The notes below the pieces were generated by a model. It was not told the DNA's origin. It saw nothing but the letters and a program-made list of their open reading frames with translations, and did no database searches. A DNA stretch of 62,290 nucleotides, counting the filler. It is 8 parts of 8 records of this genome, joined end to end, with 100 filler letters (N's around TTAATTAATTAA, not from the genome) between each part and the next. Parts side by side here need not be neighbours in the genome. Positions count along the whole stretch, not along the records: positions 54,146 to 62,290 come from SRR20825014_187; 7 more parts are not named here. The stretch is one strand, 5' to 3'. Positions 56,331-62,290 of this stretch are shown piece by piece. The stretch's first letter is position 1. Each line of letters starts with the position of its first letter. The translations under genes and the position numbers were made by a program.

Positions 56331-57485
56331 CTACTTGCTTAACCGCAGGGCTGTTTCCAGGTCGTTAACAAGATCATTTACATCTTCGATGCCAACCGAC
56401 ACGCGCAGCAAATCACCCGGTACCGGGCTGGTTGGGCCTTCGACGGAGGATCGATGTTCAATCAGGCTTTCAACCCCGCCAAGCGACGTTGCGCGTTTGA
56501 AGATCTTGCACTTGTTGTGGAAATCAATCGCGCGTTTTTCACCGCCTTTGACACGGATCGACAGCATGCCACCAAATCCACCACGCATTTGTTTTTTCGC
56601 GATGTCATGACCGACATGGCTTTCAAGTCCGGGATACTGGATCTGTTCGATTTCAGGGTGGTTTTCAAAATGCCTGGCAATCGTCATTGCGGTCGCACAG
56701 GCGCGTTCGACACGGACTGAAAGTGTGCGCATCCCGCGCAGCAAAAGCCACGTTTCAAATACACCCAAAACAGCCCCACCTGATGCGTGCTGTTTACAGA
56801 CACGTTGCCAGAATTCGCTATCCTTCGCAGTGGTCAAGGATCCTGCCAATACATCGCTGTGGCCGTTAAGGTATTTGGTGGCCGAATGCATGACGATATC
56901 AGCACCAAAATCAATCGGGCGGGTCAAAAGCGGGGTCGCAACCGTGTTATCAACGACAACCTGTGCACCAGCCTTGCGGGCAATGGCGGCAACGGCGGCA
57001 ATATCAGTGATCTGCCAATCGGGATTGGCCGGGGTTTCAAGCCAGACCATCTTGGTCTTGCCCGGTTTGATATGTTGATCCCACTGATCGATATCGCCAT
57101 TATCGACAAAATCAAATGAAAGTCCGGCCCGCACACCACTATCAAGCATGAAGCTGCGCAGCGCCCAATACATCACCTTGGGCGCGACCACATGATCGCC
57201 GGGGTTCAGCGCATGCAAAACGGCAACGGCGGCTGCCATGCCCGATGCGAACAGGCGGGTTTCAACCCCGCCTTCAAGGGCATTCAGAACTTCGCAGGTT
57301 TGATCATAGGTCGGGTTGTCCGCACGGGTATAGCAACGCCCGTCATGGTAGCTAAGGTCTGTATTGCGTTCGAACGTGGTCGATGGATAAAGCGGCGGCG
57401 TGACGGATCGGGTCGCGTCATCGACCCAACCAAGGGCCTGTGCGGTAAGTGTAGCCGGGGACTGTTTTTGTGTCTGATCAGACAT
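56331..57485 (-). CDS. Cys/Met metabolism PLP enzyme (cystathionine gamma-synthase/lyase family)
   Basis: Motifs YTRADNPT, FASGMAA, ETPANP, VVDNT, HSATKYLNGHSD, SLGGVESL and LRVSVGIED. Confidence 0.93.
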   Translation of the reverse strand: MSDQTQKQSPATLTAQALGWVDDATRSVTPPLYPSTTFERNTDLSYHDGRCYTRADNPTYDQTCEVLNALEGGVETRLFASGMAAAVAVLHALNPGDHVVAPKVMYWALRSFMLDSGVRAGLSFDFVDNGDIDQWDQHIKPGKTKMVWLETPANPDWQITDIAAVAAIARKAGAQVVVDNTVATPLLTRPIDFGADIVMHSATKYLNGHSDVLAGSLTTAKDSEFWQRVCKQHASGGAVLGVFETWLLLRGMRTLSVRVERACATAMTIARHFENHPEIEQIQYPGLESHVGHDIAKKQMRGGFGGMLSIRVKGGEKRAIDFHNKCKIFKRATSLGGVESLIEHRSSVEGPTSPVPGDLLRVSVGIEDVNDLVNDLETALRLSK

Positions 57486-57588
57486 GGTGGCACCTGATTA
57501 TGTTGAGATTTGTTGGCGCGCAACATAACTTGGTTCGCGCCACACACCAAATCGAAAACCGCATATCCAAGATTCTGAAAGTCCCCAC

Positions 57589-58902
57589 ATGACGAATTAC
57601 CCTGAAATCACCCTGCCAAGCGAATGTGACGTTGTTGTCATTGGCGGCGGCATTCATGGCGCTTCAAGTGCCTATTACCTGACCAAGGCGGGCATGAAGG
57701 TCGTTCTTTTGGAAAAGGACACGATTGCCTCGCACCAGTCCGGCCGCGCATGGGGGTTCGTGCGCCAACAAGGCCGTGATCCAGTCGAACTGCCCCTGAT
57801 GATGGAATGTAACCGCATCTGGCAGGGGCTGGAAAAGGAACTGAATGCCGATCTGGAATGGCGTCAGGGCGGGGTTTTGTTTGTTGCCCGTGATGATTCT
57901 GAAATGTCCGACTTCGAACACTGGATCGAAGAAACCAAGGGATTTGGCATCGAAACCCAGGTTCTTGATCCAAAAGGGGTCGCGAAAATTACGCCGGGCA
58001 TCACCAAACCGGGCGTTGGCGGGATTTACACCCCGTCGGATGGTCAGGCCGAACCGAAAAAGGCCGCACCGGCGATTGCCAAACGCGCCCGTGAATTGGG
58101 GGCCGTCATTGCCGAGGGATGCGGTGCGCTTTCAATTGAAACAGAGGCGGGCGCAATCAGCTCGGTCGTGTCTGAACGCGGCGAGATTAAATGCAAATAC
58201 GTGATTTGTGCGGCGGGTGCCGCCACCCATAAATTCGTCGCCCAACTTGGCCGCCGCCTGCCACAGCAGACCACACGCGGCACGGTCATTCGGACAACGC
58301 CGGTCCCCGATATTTCAGCCGCGGGCACATTGGCTTCGGGCCTTGCGTTTCGGCAACGGACCGACGGATCAATGAACATCGCCGATGAATTCATGACCGA
58401 TATTGATCTGACCTTGGGGCGGTTTAAATATGCCAAGGCATTTGCGCCGGGGTTGTTTGACAATTGGGCGACGTTCAAGTTTCACCTTAACAGGCGCTTT
58501 ATTGACGATATCGTTGATCGCTTGCCGGGATCAGACGCCGCAAAGCAGCCAATGATTGGACGACGGACCAATCAGGCGGAACCCTATGAAGTGCGGGTCA
58601 GCAATGCGATGGCCAATCTGCAAAAGGTTTTCCCGCAGATTAAAAAAGTCGGCGTTGTTGATAAATGGGCGGGCGATATTGATGTCACCCCGGATGCCGT
58701 GCCGGTGATTGACCAGTTCGACAGTCCCAAACATTTCTTCGTCGCGACCGGTTTTTCCGGGCACGGTTTTGCGATGGGACCGGTGGTTGGTAAAGTGCTG
58801 GCGGACTGGATCACAACCGGACAACCATCGATCAGCTTAGCTGGAATGGAACTATCGCGGTTTGAAGACGGGTCTGTAAGACGGCCGCGCACGCGGGTTT
58901 GA
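57589..58902 (+). CDS. FAD-dependent oxidoreductase, DadA/glycine-oxidase family
   Basis: Motifs DVVVIGGGIHG, QSGRAWGFVRQQGRD, TPDAVPVI and GFSGHGF. Confidence 0.9.
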   Translation: MTNYPEITLPSECDVVVIGGGIHGASSAYYLTKAGMKVVLLEKDTIASHQSGRAWGFVRQQGRDPVELPLMMECNRIWQGLEKELNADLEWRQGGVLFVARDDSEMSDFEHWIEETKGFGIETQVLDPKGVAKITPGITKPGVGGIYTPSDGQAEPKKAAPAIAKRARELGAVIAEGCGALSIETEAGAISSVVSERGEIKCKYVICAAGAATHKFVAQLGRRLPQQTTRGTVIRTTPVPDISAAGTLASGLAFRQRTDGSMNIADEFMTDIDLTLGRFKYAKAFAPGLFDNWATFKFHLNRRFIDDIVDRLPGSDAAKQPMIGRRTNQAEPYEVRVSNAMANLQKVFPQIKKVGVVDKWAGDIDVTPDAVPVIDQFDSPKHFFVATGFSGHGFAMGPVVGKVLADWITTGQPSISLAGMELSRFEDGSVRRPRTRV

Positions 58903-58942
58903 TGGTCATACCGATCGACTTCATTTGCTGAATTTTTATCCG

Positions 58943-58969
58943 GGCCGCATGTTTCGCACATGCGGCCTT
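58943..58969 (+). terminator. Hairpin after the oxidoreductase gene (probable terminator)
   Basis: GGCCGCATGT-TTCGC-ACATGCGGCC-TT; the U-tract is short. Confidence 0.5.
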
Positions 58970-58995
58970 GACGTTTGGCAAAATGCCTGTCAGAT

Positions 58996-59019
58996 AATGT
59001 TATGTTATAACATAACGTT
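58996..59019. promoter_or_regulatory. Zur box (two overlapping copies)
   Basis: ATGTTAT-GTT-ATAACAT (58997-59013, perfect 7-3-7) overlaps ATGTTAT-AAC-ATAACGT (59002-59018). They cover the -10 region, with TTGGCA at 58975. Confidence 0.8.
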
Positions 59020-59030
59020 TGAGGTTAAAG

Positions 59031-59759
59031 TTGAAACGACTAACTGCTGCCATCACCGGTTTGATCCTTGTTGCGGGGGCCGGGGTTGCTTCGGCACATG
59101 GTATCTGGATTGCGGAACGCTGGGGCGAGCATGGCCTTGTCTATGGTCATGGGGCAGAAGACGGATCCTATGATCCGGCCAAGATCAGTTCGGTGAAACT
59201 GATTGATGAAGACGGCAATGAACTTGCCGGTTCGATCACGGCACATGATGATCATGCGGTACTTGAAAAAGCCGATGACGCGGCAATTGCGCTGATTGAT
59301 TTTGACAACGGTTTCTATACCAAGGACGCCAATGGCAAATGGCACAACCGACCAAAATCGGAATTCCTGAATGCCGAAACTGCGGGCCGCTACATCAAAC
59401 ATACGATTTCAATCCTGCACCTGCATGGCGATATGCCAGCAATCGCACCGCAGGATCTTCAGATTATTCCGCTGTCAAATCCGACGGCACTTGAAGCAGG
59501 CAGCAGTTTGAAACTCCGTGTTCTGTATAAGGGTGACCCGTTGCCGGGCATTTTGATTATTCCTGATTACGTCAATATGCCCGAACAAAGTGGTGCGACA
59601 ACCGATGACAAGGGAATGGTCGAGGTTGTCGTTCGCAATAACGGCCTTAACGTCATCGCTGCCAAGCATTCGGTTGATCTTGTCGATGACAAGGATGCCG
59701 ACCTTGTGCAGCATTTCGCGACATTGTCATTTGTCGCCGGTGGTGAACACAGCCACTAG
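59031..59759 (+). CDS. DUF4198 periplasmic metal-binding protein
   Basis: Signal peptide ending ASA followed by HGIW, then YGH, LQIIPLSNP...VLYKGDPL...TTDDKG; C-terminal HSH; GAGG RBS before TTG 59031. Confidence 0.85.
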   Translation: MKRLTAAITGLILVAGAGVASAHGIWIAERWGEHGLVYGHGAEDGSYDPAKISSVKLIDEDGNELAGSITAHDDHAVLEKADDAAIALIDFDNGFYTKDANGKWHNRPKSEFLNAETAGRYIKHTISILHLHGDMPAIAPQDLQIIPLSNPTALEAGSSLKLRVLYKGDPLPGILIIPDYVNMPEQSGATTDDKGMVEVVVRNNGLNVIAAKHSVDLVDDKDADLVQHFATLSFVAGGEHSH

Positions 59760-59918
59760 ACCATGACAATCCGGTAAGCCAACGCTGGATACTCACTCTT
59801 GCTCCAAACCTGACGGGTCCGGTTGGCTTGGCCGGCAGCATGCTTTCGTGCTGCCGGTCTTTTCTTGCCAGCAGTGCAAACCTGCTGTTCTTGGGATCGG
59901 CAGGGTGGCTGGCGTTGC

Positions 59919-60770
59919 CTACAGGCTGCGGCTCATCCGCAGGATAATCGCCCCGCCCAAGGTCATCATGGTTGAGGATACCTTCACAAGGTTCAGCTTC
60001 TCGCCCATGAAAAACACTCCGATCAACAGGGCAAAGACGATGCCGGTTTCGCGTAAGGCAACAACAAGCGGGATCGGGGCCTGGGTAAAGGCCCACATGA
60101 CGGTGGCATAGGCGACAAAGGATGCTGTGCCGCCAACAAAGAAGACCTTTTTGCCCTTTCGGGCGATATCCAACATGATGCGCGGGCGCATGACGCAGGC
60201 AATGATGGCAAAGATCACAACATCGCCGATGGTCTGATAGGCATAGTAATCAAGCGCATTTCCGGCCAGTCGCGCACCGGTTCCATCGACCAGTGAATAG
60301 CTGCTGATAAAACAACCCGTGATGATCGCGGCAATCGCCGCATTGCGATTGCGCATGCCATCGGCCTGACGTGTGATGCACATGCTCAAGATCCCGACAC
60401 CGATCACGAAAATCGCCATCCATTCGCTGACTTGTAGCGTGACACCAAGAACCAGCACTGAAACAGCCGCGACAATCAACGGCGATGATCCACGGGCAAT
60501 CGGATAGACCTGACTAAGATCGCCCAGCCGATAAGCCAGAATTAAAAACAACTGATAGCCGATATGAAGTCCGATCGAGCCGATCAGATAAGGCCAGCTT
60601 TCACGCGCAGGCACATCGACAAATGGAAGCAAGATCAGAACAATTGGCACATGGCCCAGCACGATGGCCGTCATGCTCATCAATTTGTCCGGGCCACCCT
60701 TGACCAATGCATTCCACACGGCATGCATCAGGGCAGCACCCATTACGGCAAGAAAGACGGTCAAACTCAT
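59919..60770 (-). CDS. EamA/DMT family transporter
   Basis: Motifs AALMHAVWNALVK, GDLSQVYPIARGSSP, YSLVDG.GAR and VVALRETGIVF. Confidence 0.92.
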   Translation of the reverse strand: MSLTVFLAVMGAALMHAVWNALVKGGPDKLMSMTAIVLGHVPIVLILLPFVDVPARESWPYLIGSIGLHIGYQLFLILAYRLGDLSQVYPIARGSSPLIVAAVSVLVLGVTLQVSEWMAIFVIGVGILSMCITRQADGMRNRNAAIAAIITGCFISSYSLVDGTGARLAGNALDYYAYQTIGDVVIFAIIACVMRPRIMLDIARKGKKVFFVGGTASFVAYATVMWAFTQAPIPLVVALRETGIVFALLIGVFFMGEKLNLVKVSSTMMTLGGAIILRMSRSL

Positions 60771-60867
60771 CGTGGGGCATCCGCGAAAGATGTTACGGTT
60801 TTGTAACGTAATCACGGATGTTTAGCACGCGATTTGAAAAACGACCAAACCGATCTGATGGGGGCAG

Positions 60868-61920
60868 CTATGCCGGGGACGGGGTATGCTGGATGTTTGG
60901 CGATGTTGTCTGTTGGACTTGCGCTTTACCCTCAAAGAACCGGGTTGCACCAATGGGTGGGGCGATGAAATCATCCAACCCGATGCCGCTATCCTTACAG
61001 GCCGATGCCAGTCGGATTGGCGGTTCATCCACCGGTTCTGCCGTTAAGACAAACGTTCCCCAATGAATGCCAAGGGCCTGTTTAACACCCATTACCTGCA
61101 TGATCTGAACGGCTTCTTCGGGATTGCAATGGGCATTGCGCATGAAATCGCGCGGATCATAGGCGCCGATCGGGATCAGGCCGAAATCAATCCCGCCATG
61201 CTGTGCGCCAAGTTCATTAAACAGCGCCTCGTTCCAGCCGGTGTCGCCAACAAAATAGAACCGGTAACCATCCGAAAATTCAAGGATATAGCCACCCCAC
61301 AGCATTTCCTTGCGATCTTTGGTCGTGCGGCTTGACCAATGGTTTGATGGCACATGGGTTATGGTCACACCGGGATGGGAAAGCTGATCATCCCAGTCCA
61401 TTTCGTCATAGCGGTCCGCTGTAATTCCTGCCTTTTCCAACAAAGCCCCGTTTTTAAGAGGCAGGATATAGCGCGGTGCATTGCCAAGTTTGGTCAGGCT
61501 TGCAAGGTCAAAATGGTCGTAATGATTGTGCGATAGCAACACCAGATCAAGTTCGGGCAATTGATCGATGGTTAAACCGGGCGCACTATAGCGTTTTGGG
61601 CCAATGCGTTTAAACGGCGATGCGCGATTAGAAAAAACAGGGTCGGTCAGAATATTGAGACCGGCATATTGCACCAAAACCGTGGCATGGCCGACCCATG
61701 TGACTTGAAGTCGGGTCGGATCGGGATTTTGGATCGCGTCATGATTGGGTGTCTCGGTCGGGGTCTTGCCAACCTGTTTGCTGGCCTTGGGCCAGTTGTC
61801 ATCACCGAAATAGCGCCGTTTCAAGAAACGCCAGAACGACCGTTTCACCGGATCAGGCAATGGGTGGCGGTTTTCAAATCCGGTTTCGGTATGATGCGCT
61901 GGCTTTATTTTGATCTGCAC
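60868..61920 (-). CDS. MBL-fold metallo-hydrolase (NAPE-PLD/RomA-like)
   Basis: Motifs TWVGHAT, ILTDPVFS, SHNHYDHFD, HWSSR, GDTG, PIGAY and IHWGTF; start uncertain (GTG 61920). Confidence 0.9.
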   Translation of the reverse strand: MQIKIKPAHHTETGFENRHPLPDPVKRSFWRFLKRRYFGDDNWPKASKQVGKTPTETPNHDAIQNPDPTRLQVTWVGHATVLVQYAGLNILTDPVFSNRASPFKRIGPKRYSAPGLTIDQLPELDLVLLSHNHYDHFDLASLTKLGNAPRYILPLKNGALLEKAGITADRYDEMDWDDQLSHPGVTITHVPSNHWSSRTTKDRKEMLWGGYILEFSDGYRFYFVGDTGWNEALFNELGAQHGGIDFGLIPIGAYDPRDFMRNAHCNPEEAVQIMQVMGVKQALGIHWGTFVLTAEPVDEPPIRLASACKDSGIGLDDFIAPPIGATRFFEGKAQVQQTTSPNIQHTPSPA

Positions 61921-62012
61921 GCTGGTTTCCTGATGCAAAGTGGATAGGCAGCTATGTCTGCCTCATAACCGGGTCACCATAAGGTAAACGTCAAATAGAT
62001 CAGCGCAAGGGA

Positions 62013-62125
62013 AAGGCCGGAACGCATGACATGTTCCGGCCTTCTTGGTTGGTCTATGCTAACAAGGCCATAGACCAAATACTTTCGCATCGATTGGGAC
62101 AAGGCATGCGAAAGCAGGGGGGAAC
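62013..62125 (-). ncRNA. Candidate three-hairpin structured RNA with a repeated loop motif
   Basis: Three adjacent perfect stems of 9, 10 and 11 bp; two loops share GCCTTGT on the minus strand. Confidence 0.4.
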
Positions 62126-62131
62126 TTTGGG

Positions 62132-62290
62132 TTATTCGATGACCGTGGCATAGGTTTCCAAGGCCGGGCTTTCGGTAATCAAACCCTGTTTGACCATGTA
62201 GTCGGCAAAGCGATCATAGCGTTTTTTATCAAGGGCCGCTGGACGCAGGGCAAAGCGCGGCAGGGTATCTGCCCATGCCTTGATGTTAAG
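62132..62290 (-). CDS. ThiY/NMT1-like (thiamine/HMP) ABC substrate-binding protein, C-terminal fragment, not in the ORF track
   Basis: Manual translation gives LNIKAWADTLPRFALRPAALDKKRYDRFADYMVKQGLITESPALETYATVIE*. Confidence 0.75.
   Translation of the reverse strand, partial: LNIKAWADTLPRFALRPAALDKKRYDRFADYMVKQGLITESPALETYATVIE

Noticed and set aside
60792-60807. GTTAC-N6-GTAAC palindrome upstream of the EamA gene
   Set aside because: The arms are only 5 bp, there is a single copy and no cognate regulator nearby, so it cannot be distinguished from chance.
1-62290. Eukaryote-bacterium lateral transfer suggested by interleaved eukaryotic and bacterial genes
   Set aside because: Every switch coincides with an artificial spacer. 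No contig mixes both kinds of gene.

Overview
This window is not one locus. It is eight unrelated contigs joined by artificial 100-nt spacers (44 N + TTAATTAATTAA + 44 N), so adjacency across a spacer means nothing. Three contigs (1-2661, 32314-36007, 36108-50483) come from a eukaryote that looks like a flagellated kinetoplastid. Their genes are intronless and co-directional, and include an ESAG4/GRESAG4-type receptor adenylate cyclase, Vps18, a TSNAXIP1-like protein, a fringe/GT31-like glycosyltransferase, a BspA-like LRR protein and Mog1. Five contigs are alphaproteobacterial. (i) Rhodobacteraceae-like: glutamylation/amine genes and the phaZ-phaC-phaP-phaR locus with PhaR boxes. (ii) Devosia-like: sugar ABC transporter with LacI and its operators, tRNA-Arg and two tRNA-Glu. 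(iii) Rhizobiales-like: Liv-type ABC transporter and part of the general-stress-response (GSR) locus (phyR, DUF1328, two HWE-type kinases). (iv) murF-mraY-murD. (v) Thalassospira-like. All taxonomic calls are inferred from gene content and sequence style, not from a database search. The best unannotated signals are: a complete sigma-EcfG-dependent sRNA candidate with two C-rich loops inside the GSR locus (30400-30518); a three-hairpin ncRNA candidate with a repeated loop motif (62013-62125); an ArsR-family HTH ending in a beta-clamp-like motif (QMGFDF); an (R)-selective amine transaminase candidate; a stand-alone DUF4198 gene under a double Zur box; an orphan Panacea-domain gene; and a greatly expanded delta-subdomain in the adenylate cyclase.
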